Below are positions 45,975 to 55,937 of a stretch of 64,000 bases of DNA, piece after piece. The position numbers and the translations under genes were made by a program. Under the pieces are notes generated by a model, which made no database searches, was not told the origin of the DNA, and was given only the letters and a program-made list of their open reading frames with translations. The stretch's first letter is position 1. Every line of letters begins with the position of its first letter. Source of the DNA: Bacillota bacterium. GTDB lineage: Bacteria > Bacillota > Desulfotomaculia > Desulfotomaculales > VENG01. The stretch spans positions 139,889 through 203,888 of the forward strand of contig VENG01000001.1 of assembly GCA_009711705.1 (NCBI GenBank), written 5' to 3'.

Positions 45975-48068
45975 ATGGAAGAAACAGAGGTCAGTCTACT
46001 ACATCAGCTGGCCCGGTTATATGGTATAGAAATATCATATTACGATGGGAGGGGCTGTTTGAGACAGGCCTCTGAAGATTCACTTTTGGCGGTGCTTATG
46101 GCGTTAGGGGCCCCGGTAAATAATATGTATGATATTGAGAGTGCTCTTAGGCAACACCGGCAGGAGCAGTGGCGGAGATGTTGTGAGCCTGTGGTAGTAG
46201 TTTGGGATGGGGAATGCGCGTGCTTGGATTTTAATTTACCGGCGGATCGGGCCGATAGTTCGGCTGAATGTGAATTGGAATTGGAGCATGGTGAAGTGCG
46301 CAACTGGAAAATCGAGTTGTCTATGCTTCCTGTTTTGCAGGCAGCGCCGGTGGAAGGAACGGGTTATGTGGTTAAGCAACTGGAATTGCCCTATGTATTG
46401 CCCTGGGGATACCACCGCTTTAGATTGTTCCAAGGGCCGAATAGCTGGGATACATTGATTATTTGTGCACCGAGCCGCGCCTACGGGGTAGGCAGAATCT
46501 GGGGAGGATTTCTTCCTCTTTATGCCATTCAATCCCGTAATAATTGGGGAGCGGGAGATTTTTTGGATCTGAAAGCTTTGTTAAACTGGTTGCAAGACCT
46601 GGGAGGTAGTGTAGTAGGTACGCTTCCTCTACTGGCCACATTTATGGATAAGCCCTTTGATCCCAGTCCTTATTCACCGGTAAGCAGGCTTTTTTGGAAT
46701 GAATTTTATATTAATGCCGCCGCAGTTCCTGAGTTGGAGCGTTGTCCACAGGCACAAAGCCTGTTAAATTCATCTGCTTTGCAAAAGGAAATTGAGGTCC
46801 TAAGAAGCGATCCTTTGGTTAATTACCGCCGGGGTATGGCAGTAAAAAGGAAGGTCTTAGAAGAACTGGGGCGCTGTTGTTTTGCAGGTAATGGCGTAAG
46901 ACAAGAAGCTATCTGGCGTTGGACTGAAGAGTATCCTATGGTCCGGGATTACGCGCGGTTCCGGGCCGCTGCGGAAAAGCAGTTGGCCGGTTGGCCTGCA
47001 TGGCCGCAAAGAATGCGAGAAGGTATGTTGCGCCAGAGTGACTATGACCCGGAAGTGGAGCGGTATCACTTATATATACAGTGGGTGGCGCGTGAACAAC
47101 TGCGGTCTGTTTCTACCCAACCAGGGCGGCAGGGCTCCGGACTGTATCTGGATTTGCCCCTGGGTGTAAACGGAGGTGGTTATGATGTATGGCGCGAGCA
47201 GGCATCTTTTGCCTTGGATGTCAGTACCGGTGCGCCACCAGATTCCTTTTTTACTAGCGGCCAAGATTGGGGCTTTCCTCCTCTCCATCCTGAAAAAATT
47301 CGTGAACGAGGTTACCGGTATTATGTAGATTGTCTACGAAACCACATGCAGTACGCAGGAATATTACGCCTTGACCATGTTGCCGGGCTGCACAGACTTT
47401 TTTGGATCCCCAGAGGTCATGGCGCAGAAAATGGGGTTTATGTTCGGTACCGGGCTGAAGAGTTTTATGCAGTACTGGCATTGGAATCTTACCGTCACAA
47501 AACAGCGCTGGTAGGTGAAGATCTGGGTACCGTTCCCGATCTAGTAAGAACCGAAATGGAACAGCACAATATTTACAGAATGTACATTTTACCGTTTCAG
47601 CAACGCCAAGACCAAGGACTTAATCATGTTCCCAGGGACTCCCTGGTTAGTTTAAATACGCATGACATGCCTCCCTTTAATTCCTTTTGGGCAGGGCAGA
47701 GTCCAGACGAACGCAGGTGCCTGGCCAGCTTTTTAAAAGACATGGGATTGCTTGAGCCTTTCAGTCTCGAAGCAGAGGACATTTTAAAGGCAAGCCTTAA
47801 ATACCTGGCTAGTAGTTCCGGTTGTATTCTTATGGTCAATATGGAAGACTTGTGGTTGGAAACGGCGTCGCAGAATGTGCCCGGGACACTTGATGAGCAC
47901 CCTAATTGGAGACGGAAAGCACGATGTTCTTTAGAAAATTTTAGTTTAATATCGCGTTTGATGCAAATTACACAAGAGCTTAACCGCTTGCGGGGTAATA
48001 CACGCGGTGACAACGTGCGATTTTCAGGGGGTGAAAATTGTGATTCGGGATGTAACTCTGGGCGCTAA
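45975..48068 (+). CDS. malQ: 4-alpha-glucanotransferase (GH77 amylomaltase) with a ~170-aa N-terminal extension
   Basis: GH77 regions LRLDHVAGLHRLFWIP, VGEDLGTVP and LNTHDMPP. The ATG at 45975 is preferred over the TTG at 45960. Confidence 0.88.
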   Translation: MEETEVSLLHQLARLYGIEISYYDGRGCLRQASEDSLLAVLMALGAPVNNMYDIESALRQHRQEQWRRCCEPVVVVWDGECACLDFNLPADRADSSAECELELEHGEVRNWKIELSMLPVLQAAPVEGTGYVVKQLELPYVLPWGYHRFRLFQGPNSWDTLIICAPSRAYGVGRIWGGFLPLYAIQSRNNWGAGDFLDLKALLNWLQDLGGSVVGTLPLLATFMDKPFDPSPYSPVSRLFWNEFYINAAAVPELERCPQAQSLLNSSALQKEIEVLRSDPLVNYRRGMAVKRKVLEELGRCCFAGNGVRQEAIWRWTEEYPMVRDYARFRAAAEKQLAGWPAWPQRMREGMLRQSDYDPEVERYHLYIQWVAREQLRSVSTQPGRQGSGLYLDLPLGVNGGGYDVWREQASFALDVSTGAPPDSFFTSGQDWGFPPLHPEKIRERGYRYYVDCLRNHMQYAGILRLDHVAGLHRLFWIPRGHGAENGVYVRYRAEEFYAVLALESYRHKTALVGEDLGTVPDLVRTEMEQHNIYRMYILPFQQRQDQGLNHVPRDSLVSLNTHDMPPFNSFWAGQSPDERRCLASFLKDMGLLEPFSLEAEDILKASLKYLASSSGCILMVNMEDLWLETASQNVPGTLDEHPNWRRKARCSLENFSLISRLMQITQELNRLRGNTRGDNVRFSGGENCDSGCNSGR

Positions 48069-49890
48069 ATACTTGGGTAAGAAACGATGCCGGTTCTGCG
48101 TATGGGCACCGGATGCGTTAAGCGTCAGCGTGCACATAGTGGAACCAGAAGAACGTTCGGTAGTATTGGAAAGGGATAAGCACGGTTACCATGATGCAGT
48201 GGTAACGGGGGTAGACAACGGCAGTCTTTATTATTATATTCTGGACGGAGAAAAAGAACGGCCCGACCCTGCTTCACGCTACCAGCCACAAGGGGTACAC
48301 GGTCCTTCACAGGTGGTGGACCCAAATGGTTTTCAGTGGAGTGACCACCACTGGTCTGGCCTCGATCAAAAGGATCTAGTGTTTTACGAGCTTCACGTGG
48401 GAACGTTCACTGACGGTGGTACTTTCCAAGAAATTATTCATTTTCTGCCCCAATTAAAGGAATTGGGTATTACGGCAGTCGAGCTTATGCCTTTGGCCCA
48501 ATTCCCAGGGAGCCGTAACTGGGGCTATGACGGTGTGTATCCCTTTGCGGTACAGAACTCCTATGGAGGGCCTGAAGCCCTGCGCCGGCTGGTGGACGCA
48601 TGCCATAATCATGGGATGGCCGTTTTTGTAGACGTAGTTTATAACCACTTGGGGCCGGAAGGTAATTACCTGGCTGATTTTGGTCCCTATTTTACTGATC
48701 ATTATCACACCCCTTGGGGAAAGGCCATAAATTTTGACGGCGGTTACAGTAGTGATGTCAGGCGTTATTTTGTTGAAAACGCCTTGTACTGGGTGAGTGA
48801 ATTTCACATTGATGGGCTCAGGCTGGATGCCATACATGCCATTTTAGATTTATCTGCCCTTCATTTCTTAGAAGAATTGGGCGAAGCTGTGCATCAAAAG
48901 GCACAGTATTTGGGCCGCCGGGTTCAGGTGATTGGCGAAAGTGATTTGAACAGTCCCCGGGTTATTCGTCCCCGGGTTGTAGGTGGATATGGTTTGGACG
49001 GACAGTGGAGTGACGATTTCCACCATGCCCTACACGCTTTAATTACAGGAGAACAACAAGGATATTACCGTGACTTCGGTAGCATCAGTCACATGGCCAA
49101 GGCTTTTGGAACCGGCTATGTATATACAGGCCAGTATTCTAAATTTCGCCGCCGCAGGCATGGTGATTATCCCGAACTATGCCCGTCAGACAGGTTCATA
49201 GTGTTCTCACAAAATCACGACCAGGTTGGTAACCGAGCCCTGGGCAACAGGCTTACTACATTAGTATCTTTTGCAGGCTGCAAGCTTGCTGCCTGCGTGG
49301 TGCTTTTATCTCCGTTCATACCTTTACTGTTTATGGGGGAGGAATATGGTGAGGAAGCTCCTTTTCAATATTTCACGAGCCACACCGACCCGGAACTGGT
49401 GGAAGCGGTCCGCAGGGGACGCCGGCAGGAGTTTTCAGGTTTTGATTGGCAGGGAGAGGTGCCTGATCCGCAAGATGAAAATACTTTTTTGCGCTCCCGC
49501 CTCAACCATGATTTGTGCCGGAAAGGGCATCATAAAGTATTGAGGGAGCTTTACCGGCAACTACTACGACAACGTAGGGAACTTAAACCCCTGTTGGAAG
49601 CAAATAAGGATAATCTGGAAGTAATTAAAAAACACCGGGAAGGTGTGCTTTTCCTTAAGTACCGAAATGAAGAAGATCAGTTATGCCTTGTTTTTTCTTT
49701 TAATGATGATACGGTGACCGTGGTTTTACCCGTGGGGCAAGGAAACTGGTATAAGAGGATTGATACGGCAGAAGAGCAGTGGATGGGCGGCGGTAGTCTA
49801 GTGCCCAATGAATTAGAATCTGCAGGAGATGCGAAAATTACATTGAAACCCCTGTCCTGCATATTATTCCACCGAGCAAAGGAGGAGTAA
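48040..49890 (+). CDS. treZ: Malto-oligosyltrehalose trehalohydrolase (GH13)
   Basis: GH13 regions VDVVYNHLGPEG, DGLRLDAIH, GESD and QNHDQ. The GTG at 48040 follows an AGGGGGTG RBS. The ORF track starts at 48007. Confidence 0.9.
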   Translation: MIRDVTLGAKYLGKKRCRFCVWAPDALSVSVHIVEPEERSVVLERDKHGYHDAVVTGVDNGSLYYYILDGEKERPDPASRYQPQGVHGPSQVVDPNGFQWSDHHWSGLDQKDLVFYELHVGTFTDGGTFQEIIHFLPQLKELGITAVELMPLAQFPGSRNWGYDGVYPFAVQNSYGGPEALRRLVDACHNHGMAVFVDVVYNHLGPEGNYLADFGPYFTDHYHTPWGKAINFDGGYSSDVRRYFVENALYWVSEFHIDGLRLDAIHAILDLSALHFLEELGEAVHQKAQYLGRRVQVIGESDLNSPRVIRPRVVGGYGLDGQWSDDFHHALHALITGEQQGYYRDFGSISHMAKAFGTGYVYTGQYSKFRRRRHGDYPELCPSDRFIVFSQNHDQVGNRALGNRLTTLVSFAGCKLAACVVLLSPFIPLLFMGEEYGEEAPFQYFTSHTDPELVEAVRRGRRQEFSGFDWQGEVPDPQDENTFLRSRLNHDLCRKGHHKVLRELYRQLLRQRRELKPLLEANKDNLEVIKKHREGVLFLKYRNEEDQLCLVFSFNDDTVTVVLPVGQGNWYKRIDTAEEQWMGGGSLVPNELESAGDAKITLKPLSCILFHRAKEE

Positions 49891-49894
49891 GAAT

Positions 49895-52327
49895 ATGGAT
49901 CGTTATGTTTGTATTCACGGCCATTTCTACCAGCCGCCGCGTGAAAACCCGTGGCTGGAAGATATTGAAATTCAAGATTCCGCTTATCCTTATCACGATT
50001 GGAATGAAAGAATTACAGACGAGTGCTATGCCCCCAACGCATCTTCACGGATTTTAACCGGTGATGGGCGGATAAAAGAAATTGTCAACAATTACTCTAA
50101 AATCAGTTTTAACTTTGGCCCTACCCTTCTTGACTGGATGGAGGATAATGAGCCTGAGGTCTATCAGGCTATAATTGAAGCTGACAGTGAAAGCCATAAA
50201 TTTTTTTCCGGTCACGGATCAGCACTGGCCCAGTGTTATAACCATATGATTATGCCCCTTGCCAATGCAAGGGATAAATATACGCAGATTATTTGGGGCC
50301 TACGAGATTTTGAACACCGCTTTGGTCGCAAGCCGGAGGGGATGTGGCTTCCTGAAACGGCTGTAGACTTAGAGAGCTTGGAAATTATGGCCGGGCAAGG
50401 TGTTCGCTTTGCCATGCTTACTCCCTACCAGGCCAAGCGCTTTCGTAAAATAGGTGAAGATAGCTGGCATGATGTAGGCCCTAAGGGTATTGATCCCTCC
50501 ATGCCCTATAAGATACACTTGCCCAATGCGGGCCGTACTATGTCTTTGTTTTTTTACGATGGGCCTATTTCCCAGGCTGTTGCCTTTGAAAAGCTACTTT
50601 CTAACGGGGAACGTTTTGCACGACGTCTCTTGGATGGCTTTGACCACCGCCGTAACGGAGCCCAATTAGTAAACATATCCACTGATGGTGAAACTTACGG
50701 CCACCATCATCGTTACGGCGATATGGCGTTGTCCTATGCCTTGCATCATATTGAATCCAACAACTTGGCTCAAATCACTAATTATGGAGAATACCTGGAA
50801 AATTATCCACCTACCTATGAGGTGGAAATTGTTGAAGACAGTTCTTGGAGTTGTGTTCACGGGGTTGAACGTTGGAAAAGTAATTGTGGTTGCAATTCGG
50901 GTATGAACCCCGGATGGTCACAAGAATGGAGAACTCCGCTGCGCAAAGCCTTGAATTGGTTGCGCAACACCCTTTCCCCTCAATATGAGGCTAAAGCGGG
51001 TAATTTACTAAAAGACCCCTGGGTGGCAAGGGATGATTATATTTCTGTGGTACTTGACCGTTCGCCGGAAAATATAAATGAGTTTTTTAATAACCATGCT
51101 GCACGTGAGTTGAATCACGAAGAGCAGGTAACGGTATTGAAGATGTTGGAAATGCAAAGACATGCCATGTTGATGTACACCAGTTGTGGTTGGTTTTTTG
51201 ACGATATATCAGGTATCGAAACAGTACAGGTTATTCAGTATGCTGGACGCGTTATCCAACTTGGTGAGCAGCTGTTTGGGGGTTCTCTGGAGTCTGGCTT
51301 CCTCAAAACACTGGAGCAGGCGAAAAGCAATATTCCTGAACATAGGAACGGTGTTCATATTTATAATAAATTTGTTAAACCGGCCATGGTAGACCTGCAA
51401 AAGGTCGGTGCTCATTATGCTATTAGTTCTTTATTTACCGGTTATAGTAAACGTTCTAAAATATACTGTTACCTGGTGGAGCAGGAGGATAAACGCTATT
51501 TTGAGGCCGGTAATACAAAACTGGCGGTGGGTAAAGTTAGGGTGACTTCCGAAATTACCCGCAACTGGAAGACTCTAAGCTACGGGGTGCTCTATTTCGG
51601 CTACCATAATGTGAACGGTGGTGTTCGGGAGTTCAGGGATGAACAAGCTTATCGTGAAATGGTGGAAGGTGTGGCCGAAGCTTTTGAACGGGGTGACCTC
51701 ACTCAAGTAATGCGCCTTTTAGAACGACATTTTAAAGGAATGACTTATTCTGCAAGGCAACTTTTCGGAGACCAGCAGCAGACAATAATGGAAGTTATTT
51801 TGGATGCTACATTAGATCATGTCACAGCGGAATTTAAACAGATTTATGACCGCCATGCACCACTTATGCGTTTTCTTAAAGACTTGGATATTCAGCGGCC
51901 CAAAGCACTGCACACTGCAGCTGAATTTGTTCTTAATGATGGGCTGCGCCAGGCATTTAAAAATGAAGAACCTGATTTTGAACGCATCAAGTGTTATTTA
52001 AATGAGGTCCGCAGGTTAGATGTGGGCCTTGATGATACAGAGTTGGGGTATACCCTTAAGCACACAGTAGAGCAAATAGCTGAAAGGTTAAAAGAACGCC
52101 CCGGGGATCTCAATCTCTTACAAAACTTAGACCGAATTATGAGTTTAGTACGATCGTTACCTTTTGATGTGGACATGTGGAAGGTGCAAAATATATACTA
52201 CCGTCTGTTACACGAGAAATTTCCTGAGGTAACTGATAAGGCCCGGCAGGGAAACGAAGAGGCCAGGACGTGGGTAGACTGTTTTTGCAGCCTGGGAGAT
52301 AAACTGGAGATGCGGAGGGGAATCTAA
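49895..52327 (+). CDS. GH57-family glycoside hydrolase with a long C-terminal (DUF3536-like) region
   Basis: N-terminal HGHFYQPPRENPW and WLPETAV GH57 motifs. 810 aa. Confidence 0.75.
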   Translation: MDRYVCIHGHFYQPPRENPWLEDIEIQDSAYPYHDWNERITDECYAPNASSRILTGDGRIKEIVNNYSKISFNFGPTLLDWMEDNEPEVYQAIIEADSESHKFFSGHGSALAQCYNHMIMPLANARDKYTQIIWGLRDFEHRFGRKPEGMWLPETAVDLESLEIMAGQGVRFAMLTPYQAKRFRKIGEDSWHDVGPKGIDPSMPYKIHLPNAGRTMSLFFYDGPISQAVAFEKLLSNGERFARRLLDGFDHRRNGAQLVNISTDGETYGHHHRYGDMALSYALHHIESNNLAQITNYGEYLENYPPTYEVEIVEDSSWSCVHGVERWKSNCGCNSGMNPGWSQEWRTPLRKALNWLRNTLSPQYEAKAGNLLKDPWVARDDYISVVLDRSPENINEFFNNHAARELNHEEQVTVLKMLEMQRHAMLMYTSCGWFFDDISGIETVQVIQYAGRVIQLGEQLFGGSLESGFLKTLEQAKSNIPEHRNGVHIYNKFVKPAMVDLQKVGAHYAISSLFTGYSKRSKIYCYLVEQEDKRYFEAGNTKLAVGKVRVTSEITRNWKTLSYGVLYFGYHNVNGGVREFRDEQAYREMVEGVAEAFERGDLTQVMRLLERHFKGMTYSARQLFGDQQQTIMEVILDATLDHVTAEFKQIYDRHAPLMRFLKDLDIQRPKALHTAAEFVLNDGLRQAFKNEEPDFERIKCYLNEVRRLDVGLDDTELGYTLKHTVEQIAERLKERPGDLNLLQNLDRIMSLVRSLPFDVDMWKVQNIYYRLLHEKFPEVTDKARQGNEEARTWVDCFCSLGDKLEMRRGI

Positions 52328-52328
52328 T

Positions 52329-55145
52329 ATGAATCGCTTGCGGATTCCGGTTGCTACCTACAGGCTGCAGTTTAATAAAGAGTTCCCCTTTTCCAGGGCC
52401 GGGAAACTGGTGCCCTACCTTAATGCCTTAGGAATTACTGATGTCTACTCTTCTCCCCTTTTTCAGGCTCAGCGGGGAAGTACCCACGGGTATGATGTAA
52501 CCGATCCCAAACGTCTAAATCTAGAACTCGGTGGCAAAGATGAATTTGATCACTTTGCCGCAACGCTAAAATACTTTGAAATGGGATTATTGATGGATAT
52601 TGTCCCTAATCATATGGCGGCCAGTATTGAAAATCCATGGTGGCTGGATGTTCTTCGTAACGGTATAGAATCACCTTATGCCGGTTATTTTGACATTAAC
52701 TGGGCCACCTCTCAACCGGGGTTAAAAAATAAGGTTTTGCTGCCTGTATTGGGCGCTCCTTACGGCGAAGTATTGGAAAAACAGGAGTTGTCCTTGATTT
52801 TTGATCAAAATGGTTTTTGGATTTCGTACTATGAAAAAAGCTGGCCGGTTAGCCCTAAATCGTATAGCCCGATCCTGGGCCGCCACATTAAGGCTTTGGA
52901 TAAAGAAGGCCCGGGTGTGAGGCAGCTTTTCAATTTGATTGAAGAACAGGCTTTTGAAACCAGGTCTGCAGGTGCTTTAGAAGAGCTTTGGCAGTTGTAT
53001 AACAGTAATACGCAAGTAAAAGCATACATGGATAATGTTATGCAGGAAATAAATGGAACTAAAGGAAATCCCTGTAGTTTTAATTCTATGCATCAGCTGA
53101 TGGAGGGGCAGGCTTACCGGCTTGCTTACTGGCGGGTTGCTAACCAGCAAATAAACTATCGCAGGTTTTTTAACGTGAACGATAAGGTTTCAGTTCGTGT
53201 AGAAAGAGAATCAGTGTTTTCGGCTACCCATGCCTTGATAGTAAAGCTTGCTAAGGCAGGACTGGTAACAGGCCTGCGCATTGATCATATTGATGGCTTG
53301 TATGACCCGCATGAATACCTTAGGCGCCTTCAGGTATCTTTATCCTCAGAAGAGGGCTTTTACGTGGTGGTGGAAAAAATCTTAGGTAAAGATGAGGAAT
53401 TACGGGCCGATTGGCCGGTATACGGTACTACCGGATACGATTTTATGAATACCGTGAACAGGCTTTTCGTGGACAGGCACGAATCGACCGCCCTGGACCG
53501 TATTTACGAGCGGGCCTGTGGTTTTGATCCTGACTTTGACGAAATTGTTTACGCTCAAAAGCGTTGGGTAATGGCACAGCTCTTTACCGTGGAGATTGAA
53601 AATCTAACCCGTGAACTGCAACTTATAGCGGAGCAGGAACGTCATGCCCGGGATTTTACATTTACCCAGTTGGAACACGGGCTACGGGAGATAATAGCCT
53701 GCTTCCCCGTTTACCGTACCTATACGCGCGGTTTGAAAGTCACGGAAAAGGCAAGAAAATCAATAGAGCAAGCCATAGAAGAGGCTGTACGGGAATATCC
53801 CGATATTGGCCCGACCTGTGATTGGCTGCGGCGTGTATTGCTGCTTGACTTCCCGGAATATCTGGCTCCGGAACAAAAAAAAGAGTGGTTGCGATTTGTA
53901 ATGCGGTGGCAGCAGTTTACCGGTCCTATTATGGCCAAAGGATTTGAAGACACGGCGCTGTATGTTTATAACCAGCTTGTATCTCTTAATGAGGTGGGCG
54001 GTGATCCCAGGGACACAGGAATTTCCGTACCGGAGTTTCATCGCCGTAACCTGAAAAGACAGGAGCGCTGGCCTCATACACTTAACGCAACCTCAACCCA
54101 CGATTCTAAGCGTAGCGAAGATGTGCGGGCACGGATAAATGTACTGTCCGAGATACCATTTATTTGGTCACAGCATCTAAAGAAATGGCGTAGGTGGAAT
54201 AAAACCCGGAAAATGGTTTTGAACGGCCAACATGTACCCGGCGGAAATGCAGAACTTCTTATTTACCAGACGTTGCTGGGCGCCTGGCCTTTGAACAAGA
54301 AAGAACTGCCTGAGTTTAAAGAAAGGCTGGAGGATTATTTAATAAAATCGGCGCGGGAAGCCAATGTGTATACCAGCTGGCTTTATACCAATAACGATTA
54401 TGAGGATGCCCTGATTGAATTCACCAAAAGCATTTTGAAGACGTCGGAAGAGAATCTATTTTTACAGGATTTTTTAGGTTTTCAACGTATCATTGCTTTC
54501 TACGGCGCACTGGGGTCGTTGGCCCAAGTGCTACTAAAAACGATGTCACCCGGGGTTCCTGACTTTTACCAGGGAACAGAACTCTGGAACCTCAGCCTGG
54601 TTGATCCTGATAATAGGCGCCCGGTTGATTTCAAAGCACGGGCTGTCATGCTGGAGGAATTGCAAAGGCAGGAGAAGGGTAACATCAGGGAGTTAGCCGG
54701 ACAACTTGTGGACTGCTGGGACGACGGTAGGGTAAAAATGTTTGTTACTTACAAAGCCCTGCATTTTCGCCGTGATTGGCCGGATCTTTTTTCTCGCGGC
54801 GAATATATACCGGTTAAGGGAAACGGAACGTATTCAGGTTATATTTGCGCCTTTGCACGTCGTTTTGATAATGTTTGGGCCATGGTAGTTGTTCCCCGCC
54901 TGATGGCACGTTTTATGAGTGTGAAACAGGCGCAGCAGGGGGAAATAAACTCCCTCGCCATAGAACTTCCCCTGGGCGAAACTTGGGCGGACAATTATTT
55001 AATTGTGCCTGAACATGCCCCTGCGCGCTGGCGCAACATCTTTACGGGTGATCCTTTGACCACAGAAAATAATGATGCTTTAAGGGGATTATCACTTTCC
55101 CGGGTGTTTCAAGATCTACCGGTTGCATTGCTGGTGGGAGAGTAA
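52329..55145 (+). CDS. treY: Malto-oligosyltrehalose synthase (GH13)
   Basis: N-terminus ATYRLQFNKEFPF...SSPLFQA..GSTHGYDV and region II GLRIDHIDGL. 938 aa. Confidence 0.9.
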   Translation: MNRLRIPVATYRLQFNKEFPFSRAGKLVPYLNALGITDVYSSPLFQAQRGSTHGYDVTDPKRLNLELGGKDEFDHFAATLKYFEMGLLMDIVPNHMAASIENPWWLDVLRNGIESPYAGYFDINWATSQPGLKNKVLLPVLGAPYGEVLEKQELSLIFDQNGFWISYYEKSWPVSPKSYSPILGRHIKALDKEGPGVRQLFNLIEEQAFETRSAGALEELWQLYNSNTQVKAYMDNVMQEINGTKGNPCSFNSMHQLMEGQAYRLAYWRVANQQINYRRFFNVNDKVSVRVERESVFSATHALIVKLAKAGLVTGLRIDHIDGLYDPHEYLRRLQVSLSSEEGFYVVVEKILGKDEELRADWPVYGTTGYDFMNTVNRLFVDRHESTALDRIYERACGFDPDFDEIVYAQKRWVMAQLFTVEIENLTRELQLIAEQERHARDFTFTQLEHGLREIIACFPVYRTYTRGLKVTEKARKSIEQAIEEAVREYPDIGPTCDWLRRVLLLDFPEYLAPEQKKEWLRFVMRWQQFTGPIMAKGFEDTALYVYNQLVSLNEVGGDPRDTGISVPEFHRRNLKRQERWPHTLNATSTHDSKRSEDVRARINVLSEIPFIWSQHLKKWRRWNKTRKMVLNGQHVPGGNAELLIYQTLLGAWPLNKKELPEFKERLEDYLIKSAREANVYTSWLYTNNDYEDALIEFTKSILKTSEENLFLQDFLGFQRIIAFYGALGSLAQVLLKTMSPGVPDFYQGTELWNLSLVDPDNRRPVDFKARAVMLEELQRQEKGNIRELAGQLVDCWDDGRVKMFVTYKALHFRRDWPDLFSRGEYIPVKGNGTYSGYICAFARRFDNVWAMVVVPRLMARFMSVKQAQQGEINSLAIELPLGETWADNYLIVPEHAPARWRNIFTGDPLTTENNDALRGLSLSRVFQDLPVALLVGE

Positions 55146-55186
55146 AAATAAAGGCTGTCTCACGTTTTTCAAATGGGCGTTATCAG

Positions 55187-55780
55187 TTAAGGTTGATATA
55201 TTACGGGATTATCCTGTCCAAGCTGCCATTCCAGAGAGGCGATAGCTTGTTCAGCGAACCGGTTTAATTTTTTTCGCCCAAAATTGTTGTCCGCAAAGAA
55301 AGATATTCTTAGAACCCTATCATCATGTGGAGCTGAAAGAAAATATTCTGTACCCAACAGCACACGGGCATCTCTTAATTTAGCGCTCCACGTAAGTCTA
55401 AAACCTTTATAATATTTATTTTGGATTTTTCGATTTTCATAGTTGATAAAGTTGAATTCGCTTTGTGATTTGCTTCTATTCAAGAAACTATCGACATTCG
55501 ATATATTCCAAAGCTGGACGAATCCCCAGAATCCAAGTTCTTTATTATCCAAATATGAACTAAACAAAATTTCCTGGCTGGTTATGTACTCTTTTGTTAC
55601 TATTGTGGTTTGAGGCAACCTCATTCTTAACGAAATTTGCTCAAAACTGAAATTCTTGAAACCGCCCGTACCGGCATGTTCTACAATCTTATTACCAGTG
55701 AACGCTGCAATAAATATAATGATAATTATAATGCCTGTTTTAAATATAAAGTTTTTCTTAATCTTTACTCCCTCCCCCAC
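55187..55780 (-). CDS. Hypothetical membrane-anchored protein
   Basis: 197-aa AT-rich ORF with one N-terminal TM (TGIIIIIIFIAAF). Start codon is uncertain (GTG). No motifs. Confidence 0.45.
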   Translation of the reverse strand: MGEGVKIKKNFIFKTGIIIIIIFIAAFTGNKIVEHAGTGGFKNFSFEQISLRMRLPQTTIVTKEYITSQEILFSSYLDNKELGFWGFVQLWNISNVDSFLNRSKSQSEFNFINYENRKIQNKYYKGFRLTWSAKLRDARVLLGTEYFLSAPHDDRVLRISFFADNNFGRKKLNRFAEQAIASLEWQLGQDNPVIYQP

Positions 55781-55890
55781 TCCCTTTTTTAATACTTATT
55801 AATCTGTGATTTCAATGAGTATCGGTTTATCGGTATTTTGGGATGGGTAAACATGGTACTTTACCGGATATCCTAATGCTTTTTAAGCAT

Positions 55891-55921
55891 AAAAAAAGCC
55901 GGGATTTAAATCCCGGCTTTT
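55891..55921 (-). terminator. Intrinsic terminator after the EF-G paralog (bidirectional shape)
   Basis: aaagccggga/tcccggcttt stem flanked by A7 and T runs. Confidence 0.75.
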
Positions 55922-55937
55922 AGTTATTAAAGTTAGC

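Noticed and set aside
45960-48039. ORF-track start codons TTG 45960 (malQ) and GTG 48007 (treZ)
   Set aside because: The downstream in-frame starts (ATG 45975, GTG 48040) have properly spaced purine-rich RBSs. The upstream ones do not.
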